From the NCBI RefSeq assembly GCF_006345805.1, contig NC_042997.1:58032001-58096000 (forward strand): DNA of 64,000 nt. Reading direction: 5' to 3'. Shown one piece after another: positions 1-35,320 of this stretch. Source of the DNA: Octopus sinensis. Lineage: Eukaryota. The position numbers and the translations under genes are program-made. Each line of letters starts with the position of its first letter. The stretch's first letter is position 1. The notes under the pieces were generated by a model that saw nothing but the letters and a program-made list of their open reading frames with translations, had not been told where the DNA came from and made no database searches.

Positions 1-1031
1 TACAACACTGGTTTTAAGCAGTGAAAACATAAACTTAGATATGTCATCATCATCACAGATGTTAAATGATGATGATAATGTGTTTATGTTTGCACAGCTT
101 AAAACCAGTGTTGTAACTTAGCAGTTTGATAAACATCATCATCATTTAACATTCCCTTTTGCATGATGGTACATCAATAAAGTAGCAGACTGAAATAAGG
201 GTGGTAGGGGCAGAGTGTTGATATGCTCAACTAAAGCTTTAAAAGGTGGTGCTCCAGCAAAGCTAAATTCCAATTTCAAATCAGTAAAAGAATCATCTTA
301 TACGATGATCTTTCAGGCTTGCAAGATATAGAAGTTGATTTTAGATAGAAGTATAATGAAAAACAGTTCTAAATCTAAGGTTGCCAAATAAGAACCATTA
401 ATATTCTGACAGAGGAATTACAAATCAACATGTACACATGAGTTTATGAACTGGTGGAGAAAGAAATTAAATTCATAGTCTGTAACAATGAATTTCTGAA
501 TATAAGATCTCCAAGAAAATTAGTCAATTGATATATCAATTTTATACCCGATGTGATGGACAATGAATAAACTATAAAATTGCGAACTAAAGATAGACCA
601 ATCTGAGAAAATATCCAAATGCAGTTAAGTAGAAAGGCTGTCATTGGATATATCAAAAGAAACTCTAATTTCCAAAGAACAGAATTATAAGTTCTCTTTC
701 ATTGATCTATAGTTAATGGACAATTGTATTTAGATCAAGCACATATTTTGAGCATCAATTGATGTAATTCATAAAAAATATGTAATGAAATAAAAAGCAA
801 TGTTTAATCCCTTAAGTTTTCATAAATATTTCTGTCCAATTTTGATGTTTTACTATTCCACAGCTGTTTTTGTTTCACATTTAGAAGTTATGTGACTTTT
901 TAACAAATTTTGTATATTGAAACACTGAAATTTTTTTATATCAGAATTTCTGTAATGAAAAAAAAAAAAAAAACGAAACAAAGAGACAAGTTACCTATTT
1001 AAACAAATAATCAAATTTTTTATTGCTCCAG

Positions 1032-1122
1032 ATTTTGGCTGGAAATGTTGGATTCTTCATGATTTATTGAATGTCCTGGATAGAGGAAGGTTTCATTTGT
1101 TCAGGATATATAATTGTTACAA
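1032..1122 (+). CDS. Candidate isolated exon of a convergent gene (FGWKCWILHDLLNVLDRGRFHLFRIYNCY), weakly METTL24/FkbM-methyltransferase-like
   Basis: Pyrimidine tract + CAG acceptor, AA|GTATGT donor, open in phase 1; LLxxLxxxxFxLFxxY resembles the METTL24 C-terminus as recalled; flanking exons not found. Confidence 0.3.
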
Positions 1123-2580
1123 GTATGTTCGAAGTATGAGTGAATACAGATTCAACCTGACTAATTGTAGGTTCTTAACTATACCAGATGTTGTATTGTC
1201 ATAAAGACAGTAAACATTAGTTGATTATAACAACCTATATGCAATGTCTTTACTGGGGGTACCTCATATAGTAAAGGGATAAGTAAATTAATTTTTCCTC
1301 AGCATGCATTTTAAAAAGAAATGAGTAGTTTGTTGCCTTAAATATCCAATAATGGTATGAGGTCATAATGTCAATATAGCCTCATACCATCATGGAAACC
1401 AAGTGATTGAAATTAAACTGACAACTGTTAAAAAGCTGCAAAAAATGTTCTTGGTAGGTGAAAAAACATTTGTGAGGAAGATCAAATTAGAAAATGTTTT
1501 TTGAAATGTTTTTCAATCAATATTTAAGACTGAAATCTATTCAACAAATTGTGAAGTTCTTTCTTATGAAGACAAACCATGAATAAAATACAAAGAATTT
1601 GTTATTTAATCTAAATAAGTGTCAAGCATTACATAGAAAGTTGTCAGTTTAGATTATAGAAAAAGTTTCACCATTTAAAATTGTGACAGTTCTGACAAAG
1701 CTATGACTTAAAACTGACAAGAAATATTTAAATAGTCACCTGCTCCACTGATTCACAGCTGAAGGTTAAGTGAAGTAACAGAAAGGGCAGAGTAAATACT
1801 CCCCCCATCTCCCTCCCAAATTCAAATTAGGTGAAGGTAGGTTTCACCTTTCAACATTGCAAGGCCAATAAAAGAAGTTATCACGAAACAAGACTGATTC
1901 AATTGATTATATTCCATCCCAACAAATTTCTGTCATTGTGCTAATATGAGTGCTATAGTTTCCTCGCTGCTTTTAATGTTATAAAAGTTTTAAAAATTAT
2001 CTCCCTTCTTATCTACTAGCCAGCAGTTACATGAAGGCTACTCATACATAACCATCACTAGGTATGTAACCTAACTTGACGAATATAGTAACATTTGTAT
2101 TTTAAAATGATGTTTGATACAATATAGATTTTTAAAATTATTTTTAGATAATTGTTTCAGTCTTTTTACAGATTTGTCTTATGCATATGCATAGCTCATA
2201 AAATTTAAACAATTGACTACTCCAGAAAATCCTATTTTGGTTTACTTCAGAAAAATAGAGTAAAGGATTGGTTATTAGCACAATAATTATTGGAATAGCT
2301 TTCATAGCTTTGTCAGACGAAAAGAAATGGTTTTTTTAACTGAAACAAACTTAGTATTGAATATTAATCCCAACAGCTGTAGGATTGAATTTCACATTGG
2401 TGTTTGTAATCACAAATACACTGCTACCTCTTATTGCCCTGGCTTGGCTGGTTTGATTGAAAAATTTTGTTTCTTTTAAACCTTTTTTTTTTAACTATTC
2501 AAGAAGACATTTATTTAAAAACTCATTGGATAATGCATGTATATCTAGTTTCCAAGATGAGAACTTGTCAGAAAAATATT

Positions 2581-2784
2581 TAGGCGTAGGAGTGGCTGTA
2601 TGGTAAGTATAGGCATAAGAGTGGCTGTGTGGTAAGTAGCTTGCTTACGAACCACATGGTTCCGGGTTCAGTCCCATTGCGTGGCACCTTGGGCAAGTGT
2701 CTTCTACTATAGCCTTGTGAGTGAATTTGGTAGACGGAAACTGAAAGCAGCCTGTCATATATACACACACACACACACATACAC

Positions 2785-2817
<33 letters not shown>

Positions 2818-3048
2818 TATGTGTGTGTGTGTGTGTGTGTGTATATGTTTGTCTCTGCGTTTGTCCCCAACATCGCTTGACAACTGATGCTGTTGTGTTT
2901 ATGTCCCCGTAACTTAGCGGATTGGCAAAAGTGACCGATAGAATAAGTACTAGGCTTACAAAGAATAAGTCCTGGGGTCAATTTGCTCGACTAAAGGCGG
3001 TGCTCCAGCATAGCCACAGTCAAATGATTGAAACAAGTAAAAGAGTAA
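2581..3048 (+). mobile_element. tRNA-derived SINE, family A (other copies 19000-19428 minus; partial 17150-17425, 20300-20600, 85-290)
   Basis: A box TGGCTGTGTGG, B box GGTTCAGTCCC, central microsatellite, tail GGTGCTCCAGCATAGCCACAGTCAAATGATTGAAAC. Confidence 0.85.
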
Positions 3049-3293
3049 ACATACGAGAAATAAATAAATCATATCCTTCCTTTCATTCAGTACACTAAGA
3101 CTTAGTTTCTGTGCTGAATCAACTCATTTGATAATTGAACATTACTTATAATCCTTAGGAAATGTGTTTGGTGAAAGGGAGAGAGAAAATTTGTGGTATA
3201 CATTGTTTTCTCTTGACTAAGTAGGTTAGATGATTTTTGAAATGTAATACTTTTCTTTTGTTTGAAAAAAAATTTATATCTACTGGTCTACTG

Positions 3294-3338
<45 letters not shown>

Positions 3339-3594
3339 GTTATGACTTACTTTAGTCAGGCAACTGAGTAGACAAATAGATTCAAAATGAGAGAACCTTA
3401 ATATCAACTATACAAATATCTCAAATTTATAGGCATACAATACAAAATCTTTAGGCATAAGAAATAATAAATTAATGCACATTCCCACACATATATACAT
3501 ATATAATTTAATGTATAACTCATTCATTTATTACATAATATATTATAGCCTCAACATTGCATTGCTTTAGACAACCAAGATAACTTGGTAACAT

Positions 3595-3600
3595 TTTATT
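3595..3600 (-). terminator. Candidate DLD polyadenylation signal AATAAA
   Basis: AATAAA on the minus strand about 255 nt after the stop; other candidates lie further downstream. Confidence 0.4.
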
Positions 3601-3855
3601 AATTATCTTTTTATGGATACAGAGGTGTTAAGGATTCCAGAGGAAAATATGGACCTGGCTCTAATGACTCATGTGAAATGAAAATAGTTGTAAAAATTCA
3701 GTTTTTTCTTTTTTTTTTCTTTTTGCAAGAGTGGAGTCATCAGGTTGATTAGATGTTAAAATGTCTCATTCTTTTTAATCTGGAACTGAGCAACATTTGA
3801 ATAGTTTCTACTGTATTCTATTAAAAAAAAACAAAAACAAAGTAGGAGTGTTTCA

Positions 3856-27207
<23,352 letters not shown>

Positions 27208-27209
27208 TG

Positions 27210-27350
27210 TGTGAAGGTCAAGCTCTTACGACAGCCGCCTGTGCGGAGCAACGCTTGTTATCGGTTAGTTACGGCTGCCAAAGCTTAAACCTCACTACTA
27301 CAACTTAACTCTTTACATGCATATAGTTACGTAAACTACGTTTTGTTTCC
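27210..27350 (-). promoter_or_regulatory. DLD 5'UTR/proximal promoter
   Basis: Locally CpG-enriched segment directly upstream of exon 1; contains the bZIP-type palindrome TTACGTAA. Confidence 0.5.
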
Positions 27351-28699
27351 TGCTTTTTTTCTAAATTGCATTTCTTTCAAATGAAAATGTATTTCTATGA
27401 AAATTTAGTTTTTAACGCTGTAAACTTATCACATATTTAAAAAAAGGAGAATAAAAATATGGCTGAAGGAAAATACTTCAGATGGGCGGATGTGGGGTGT
27501 TTTGCATACTAAATATGCACATGGTTAGGTTTCACATGTGATATAGTGAGATGATAAACTTCAGTCAGTTTTCAATTATCTTAACCATCGCTTGAGGAAA
27601 ACTCCCTCAAGAAATTATAAAATCTTTAAAAAAAAAAGGGAGGTAACTCCAATAAAACCAAATGCATATTGGAGTGGATCTGGTGCGTGAAGTGAATTGA
27701 AGAAAGCAACGACGTGTTTCGGTCTTATTAAATCTTCTCAGTGAAGCATTTTTTTTTTTACTTGGCAAAACTAAAAGTGATCAATATATCGATTACGATT
27801 AAGGGAAATATTGTGATACCGATTAAAAATTCCAGCTATATGGCTAAGTGGGGGAAAAAACCTGCAAGGGAATGTTCTGCATTCGAAATACAAATACTCT
27901 AGAATATCATATGTAATATTGTGAATTGAAAGACTTCATAAATCTGAGCTTATCGAAGCAATTTGTAGATAAAGCCTTCTGCTAGGTGTATTAAAAACCG
28001 AAAAACAACAAAAAATTGAAATAATTCCAAAAAGATCAGTTGACTGAAAGTTTTAGATAACATGTATTGGAGTGGATTGGGTCAGCAAAGGCAACTGGAG
28101 AAAACAAGGGACATGTTTTAGTCTTGTGAGACCTCTTCAGTTAAGCTTAATCTATTTCGTCTGTCTCTCTCAGTTTATGCACATACCCACATATCATTAT
28201 CATCATAATTCAATATCCATGCTCCATGCTTGAATGAGTTTAATGGTTTGACAGGATCCACTGGGTCCAAGGACTGCATCATGCTTCAGTTTCTGCTTTG
28301 ACACAGTTTCTATGGCTAGGTACCCTTCCCAACATCAACCACTTGATGTAGTGGATACTTTTTCATGCCACCATCACTAGAGAGGTCACTACACAGCTTG
28401 TGAGACTATAAATTCCAAGATAGGGGATGACTTTATGCTAGGAGCATAAGGTATAGAATATAAGAGAAAAGAGATGGAAAAGAAGCACGCTCTAAAGCAA
28501 TGAGCAGTAATATATTAAAAGTAATTAAGTTTATGTCCGATCATAGACTAACCAATGGTTTTGCATCCACAAAGGCCTTTGTCAAACTCTAAAGCCAAAG
28601 ACAAAATTATTTTGTCTTCAGCTTTAGAGTCTGATGAGACGTTTGGTTACTCTATGACCAAACAAAAACTTGATTACTTTTAATATATATCTATACCTA

Positions 28700-28700
28700 A

Positions 28701-28756
<56 letters not shown>

Positions 28757-29240
28757 CTTCTCTTCACTCATACCCACCTTCTTCTTCCCCCTTTCATCGT
28801 CACCCCTCCCTCGTAACCCCACCCCACCCCTACAGGTTTCAACCCCACATTCGCTATCCTTCCCACCCCTTACACCGACTCCAACATACCCCACCTCTAC
28901 CCCCACCCTCAGCCTAACCCACACCCCACCCTTGCTTTCTCCATTCTCGTCTCCCCCACCTTCCAACACCATCACAATATACCACACACCACACATCACC
29001 ATACCACACAACACATCTCATCACATCACACCACGACGCACACACTAGCACTGACCACTTCCAGCCCCACATCTTCCCACCTACGCATACACATGTCAAG
29101 GTCACCAGCCCTCTTTCACATGCACATACATACTCCCTTATACACACGCATGTGCACCTTCGTTTTGGGATCACCACTACTTTATTATCTCCCCTTCTTC
29201 CTAGCTCTCCTGTGTGAACCTTCTGTCCAGCATTTGCCAT
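28700..29240. repeat. (CTAT)n followed by C/A-rich low-complexity tract
   Basis: Seen directly. Confidence 0.9.
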
Positions 29241-29428
29241 GATAGATTGCTAGCCACTACACATTCTTTATTTTCTCTCCTTGTTTCTTTTTGTGTTCCT
29301 TTCTGTGGAAGAGCGTAGGCTCAAAACATTAAAGATTTTTTTCATTTCCCGAGCATTAAACTAATACATCTGTTTGTTGTCTACACCACATGTCTTAGTC
29401 TTTTGTGTGTTTTTTTAATTCTCCCACC

Positions 29429-29740
<312 letters not shown>

Positions 29741-30225
29741 ATCACTCTAAAAGTCATGCCAACCGAATAGAAATATGCATTGCTGAGGTGATTTAATAAG
29801 ACGAAGCTATGTTCTATTGCTTTCACAGTTGGCTTTAGGGATCAAATCCATTCCATCAGTCAACTGATTTTATTTGAGTTATAAACCTTGCTTGCTGTTT
29901 ATACATATTAGATATTTCTAGGGGTACTTTTTTTTTCTCTACAAATTGCTTGGATGATTTCACTGCATTACATATATGACACTGCCATATTTATGAATAA
30001 TAAAAAATGTTCTTACTTTACTGGAATGTAATTTCATGTCTTTTGATAAGCTACAATGTTTTGGATGAATTAAAAGACAAGTGGGATTTAGTAATGTTTA
30101 TTGCCAAAGAATTTTTTTTTTCAACATCTCTAAAGTTCAATGATGAATTGAAATTGAATTGATGATTTATCTATCTGAAAGCTTGTTTTTTGCACTACAA
30201 CATTCAGTTTAGAAATAAAATTAGT

Positions 30226-30415
30226 TTAACCCTTTTGATACCAGTCTGTCCAAGATCTCCCTAGTTCTGTGATACAAATTTTGCTTTAAATTGATCTAAA
30301 CTAAAACCCTACATCAAAATTTCATGCTAATTTATGTCACCAAAACCAGCCTTATAATGACAGTTATTTTACAAATTCTTCATTATATTTAAAATTAATT
30401 GAAACAAAGGGTTAA
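30226..30415. mobile_element. Second piggyBac-type MITE family
   Basis: TTAACCCTTT...AAAGGGTTAA termini with a different interior. Confidence 0.65.
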
Positions 30416-31499
30416 AACATTATATTATTCCATTGGACTAGGATGACTAATTTTGTATTTTATACTAATTAAATATTGAATTTTATTTTAGTGACTACTG
30501 TCTATGGAGAAAGAGTCTGTAATTTTGTTTTGTTACTTAGAATGATTTCATTTTGCATCACTAATGCCTTTGCGAAAGGTAAAAATGTACAAGATTCTAT
30601 TTCATCTTTGTCAAAAACATTGTTGCACACTTGGTATGTTTAAGTATATGTAATTTTAGATGCCAGTGTTAAAAAGAAATAAACCATCGGCCATTGGAGT
30701 GCAATATATAGGGTTTCTAGTTGAGTCATGTTTTTTTTTTGGCAATGCTCCATCCTGGGTTGCATAAACTAAGACTTAGAGATAAATGACCAGAAAATTG
30801 TTAAACAGTCATAAGAAAAAATAAAATTAACATTTATAGACTGTCTCCACCAACTAGACACTTTTAGATTGCATTTATCTTATTAATAACAATTGTCTGT
30901 ATATCTGTTGTTTGTGTTAAGTTGATATATTTAGATTGCATTTATATAAAGATTATGTACTTGTTTGATATATCTTTTCCTCTATGTAATGATATATGAA
31001 GTCCTTGTTTACCAACAAACTACTCAAATGATCATTGTTGTCTATTCTGTAAAGTTGACATCTACGACCAGTTTATATTTATTTTGGAAAGCAAAATACT
31101 GAAGTTAATTATTCAGAGACACTATTTACCTGAAAACCAACATTAATTAGTGGTGAACATAATTAACATTGATGAAGAACTTAATTAAAAATACTAATGA
31201 GGGGAGGGGAACATAATTGAAAGACTAATATTTTAATCATTGCAAATAAGAGAGAAAATTTTGGACATGTTTCAATCTTATCAGAACTTCTCAACAAAGA
31301 CTAGTATTTACCATACAATTTTCATTGCCAACTCAGGTTGCAGTGCTGTTATACTATTTAATACTATTGCCTTTGTTACTAATGAAGCATAAACTTCACC
31401 AATAGGTGAAGTTTGTTCTTCATTGATAAGTTCCAATAAGACTAAAACATGTTGATAGTGGTCTCCTATTCTTGCTGAATGAAGGTAGGGCTTTTAGGT

Positions 31500-31770
31500 G
31501 CCTCCTTCATTGGGTCCTCTCAAGAGCAACTGTCATTACACTTTCTGATTGAACTCTCTAGCATGACCAACTGAGACTATGGATACTATCGAACATCTTC
31601 GTTTTAGTCTGCCCCTAGGTCTCCTACCAGTTAGCTTGGCTTGGAGGATACATCTTGTAATTCTTTCTTGTGACACTCTAATCACATGTTCATAGTACTG
31701 AAACTGTGACCTCTCAATGTGGGGAAATAGTGGCTCAATATGGAGAGACTCCTTGATCTCTGAGCTACAC
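31500..31770 (-). mobile_element. RTE-clade LINE 3' fragment
   Basis: SQFQYYEHVIRVSQERITRCILQAKLTGRRPRGR. Confidence 0.65.
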
Positions 31771-31836
31771 AATGTTGGGTTGCTGAAATGATTAAAACAC
31801 TATTAGACCTAGACCCAATATTTCTCCCCTCCAATT

Positions 31837-31868
<32 letters not shown>

Positions 31869-31955
31869 TATTAGAGACAAAACCACTATTTTGCAAAACA
31901 AACAAGGAAAGACTTAATCAATACATAAAATTTTAATAAATAGTCAAAAAAACCG

Positions 31956-31998
31956 CCACTACAATTGTTTCTTGTCTTGATCGACAATCTTCAGGTGG
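31956..31998 (-). ncRNA. Minimal type I hammerhead ribozyme motif
   Basis: CCAC-CUGAAGA-UUGUC(GAUCAA)GACAA-GAA-ACAAUUGU-A-GUGG. Confidence 0.75.
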
Positions 31999-32022
31999 AC
32001 TTCCAATAAGTCAGTTTCAAAT

Positions 32023-32063
<41 letters not shown>

Positions 32064-32064
32064 A

Positions 32065-32380
32065 TAGGCACATGGCATAGTGGTTAGAGTGTTATACTCA
32101 TGATTGCAAGATCATGGGTTTGATTCCCAGACCAAGCATTGCATTGTGTTCTTGAGCAAAGCACTTCATTTCATGTTGTTCTGCGATCATTTCATCATCT
32201 GACATGTGGCACATGGTGCACCTGCACAGGTAATGTTGATTCAATGGAGAGAGTGAGCTTATGTGTACACAAACATCTGATCACTATAAACAAATCATCT
32301 GTGTGGTTGTTTGGCAAGAAATTGCCGAACCTTCATACATTGTCTAACGATGGGAGAGTTCATGATATATAAATATTAAG
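32065..32380 (+). mobile_element. tRNA-derived SINE, family B
   Basis: A box TGGCATAGTGG, B box GGTTTGATTCC, core GTGTTCTTGAGCAAAGCAC. Confidence 0.75.
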
Positions 32381-32421
32381 GACCATGATATATGTGTGTG
32401 TGTGTATATATATATATATAT

Positions 32422-33708
32422 CATCATCATCATCATCATCATCGTTTAACGTCCGTTTTCCGCGCTAGCACGGGTTGGACGGTTCGACCGGTGTCTGGGA
32501 AGCCAGGGGCCACTCCAGGCTCCAGTCTGATCTGGCAGAGTTTCTACGGCTGGATGCCCTTCCTAACGCCAACCACTCCGAGAGTGGAGTGGGTGCTTTT
32601 TACGTGCCACCTGCACACAGGGGCCGGGGGGTCCGGCATCGGTCACGATCGGTTCAAGCTTTTAACGTGCCAGCGGCACGGGGGCAACGGGATCCGGGGT
32701 ACTTTGGGGATCCGGGGTACTTTGAATGGGTAGGGGCTATGTGGAATTGATGCAGAAAGCAGCCCGGGTCTTTGCAGTCACAGCATATCTCCAGAGATCT
32801 CGGTCCTTCGCCATTGCCTCAGTGAGGCCCAATGCTCTGAGGTCATGCTTGACTACCTCATCCCACGTCTTCCTGGGTCTACCACTCCCCCTGATACCTT
32901 CAACTGTTTGGGAGTGGCACTTCTTCACACATCTCTCTTCATCCATCCGCAGCACATGACCATACCATCGCAAGCGTCGCTCTTGCACACCACATCTGAT
33001 GCTTCTTATATCCAGCATTTCTCTCAGGATGCTTACACTCTGTCTTGCATGCACACTGACACTACACATCCAGCGGATCATGCTAGCTTCATTTCTTTCA
33101 AGTCTACGCATGTCCTCTGCCCATGTTTCATTACCGGGAAGCACGGCAGTTCGCACACATGCATCATACAATCTACCTTTTGCTCTGAGGGAGAGACCTT
33201 TTGTTGCCAGTAGGGGTAGGAGCTTTCTGAACTTTGCCCAGGCTATTCGTATTCTAGTGGTGATACTCTCTGTGCATCCACCTCCACTACTAACTTGGTC
33301 ACCCAGGTAGCGGAAACTATCAACTACTTCTAGTTTCTCTCCCTGGAGTGTGATGGAATCTGTTTTTTGAGTGTCTGTTGTGTCTATTGTCCCTGTGCAT
33401 CTGCCGCACATGAAAGCTATCTTATCTGTTAATTTCCCTTTAATGTTGCTGCACCCCTTATGTGTCCATAGCTTACATTGGGTGCATCTTATGGAGTTTC
33501 TACCTGTACCTTTCCTACAGATTGAGCAGGGCCACCTACCCAAGGGGGTGTGTGCTGAGTACCTCTTGCTGCTTACTATTACTTTGGTCTTTGCTACATT
33601 TATTCTAAGGCCCTTTGATTCTAACCCTTGCTTCCACACCCGAAATTTCTCTTCTAGTTCCGGTAGTGATTCTGCTATGAGAGCTAGGTCATCGGCATAG
33701 AGGAGCAT
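32422..33708 (-). mobile_element. 5'-truncated RTE-clade LINE with open RT C-half, 3'UTR and (GAT)n tail
   Basis: 323-aa ORF 33708-32737 (YADD, FRYLG, RLRWYGHVLR, GRPRKTW); tail at 32422-32442; (TA)n on both sides. Confidence 0.93.
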
Positions 33709-33742
33709 ATGTATATATGTATATATATATGTATATATATGT

Positions 33743-33784
<42 letters not shown>

Positions 33785-33964
33785 TAAGCAATAAGGGTTT
33801 AGCAACGAGTTGCCTTACCACATACCGAATTTAGAAATAGCAGTCAAAGGGTTATAGCTACTTCTTCTACTAAAAAGGGAGATCTCAGTAAAAACAGCAT
33901 TTGGAAGGCACAAACAGGTAAGAGAGAATGAATTGACTGCAATCTATCATACATTTTTTAGTTA

Positions 33965-34078
33965 TCCACGGACGTACGTTTCGAAATCAAGTTTTAAGGA
34001 AAGCATACGAATTAAATATTAAATATTAAATAATAAATAATTCTATCTTACCGAAACTTCTTTTCTCTTCAGCGTAGA
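33965..34078 (-). ncRNA. Type I hammerhead ribozyme motif with enlarged loop II
   Basis: UCUACG-CUGAAGA-GAAA...UUUC-GAA-ACGUACGU-C-CGUGGA. Confidence 0.7.
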
Positions 34079-34378
34079 ATACTATAATCATAAATGATTA
34101 TATATTGAATTTTGAGATACCAGAAGGCACCAACTCCACTCAGTATCAGAGCGAGCTAGAACCCGTGTGTGTATATATATATATATATACACACACATAT
34201 ACACATATACATAAATATATACATATATATATATATTATGGAGATGTACTCGCATAGCAAGTGATTTGATCTGAGATCGTGTGCTGAAACGAAAACAATT
34301 GCAGCGTGGAAGGTGTTTATAAGCCACCCAAGAAACACACAAAAAACGCTTGACTCACTTCAACATTCAAGTTCAATT

Positions 34379-34482
34379 TGTGAAAACACTTTCGTCGCTA
34401 AAATCCACGACCTGTTCACTGACAAAAATCCGTGCTGTCAGTGAACAGGTCGCGGTCTTAAAGCGACGAAAACACCTTGACA
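34379..34482. ncRNA. Two opposed hammerhead-like motifs with G3/C8 core (GUGAACA)
   Basis: Plus 34436-34482, minus 34424-34379; stems I and II present; each copy has a defect. Confidence 0.5.
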
Positions 34483-34589
34483 AACTAAACCCAAATGTTG
34501 AAGTGAACCGAACGGGCCCTTGTGCGCCCCTTAAATGGCTCACAAACACCTTCCACGCTGCAATTGTTATATATATATATATATATATG

Positions 34590-34620
34590 ATAAGGATGAT
34601 GATGATGGTGGTGGTGGTGG

Positions 34621-34666
<46 letters not shown>

Positions 34667-34722
34667 GGTGATGATGATGATGATGGTAGTGGTGGTGATG
34701 ATGGTGATGGTGGTGGTGGTGG

Positions 34723-34780
<58 letters not shown>

Positions 34781-34794
34781 GGTGGTGGTGATAG

Positions 34795-34828
<34 letters not shown>

Positions 34829-34875
34829 GGTGATGATGGTGGTGGTGGTGGTGATGATGATGATGGTGGTGGTGA

Positions 34876-34907
<32 letters not shown>

Positions 34908-34974
34908 ATGATGGTGATGGTGGTGGTGGTGGTTGTGGTGATGATGATGATGGTGGTGGTGGTGGTGATAGTGA

Positions 34975-35008
<34 letters not shown>

Positions 35009-35127
35009 GATGATGGTGATGGTGGTGGTGGTGGTGGTGATGATGGTGATGGTGGTGGTGGTGATGATGGTGATGGTGGTGGTGGTGGTGGTGATGATGA
35101 TGATGGTGGTGATGGTGGTGGTGATGG

Positions 35128-35158
<31 letters not shown>

Positions 35159-35256
35159 GATGATGGTGATGGTGGTGGTGGTGATGATGGTGGTGGTGGT
35201 GATGATGGTGATGGTAGTGGTGATGATGATGATGATGATGATGGTGGTGGTGATAG

Positions 35257-35287
<31 letters not shown>

Positions 35288-35289
35288 GG

Positions 35290-35320
<31 letters not shown>

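Noticed and set aside
300-760. Stop-interrupted plus-strand reading frame that looks like decayed coding sequence
   Set aside because: No motif I could assign to a family; possibly an old TE.
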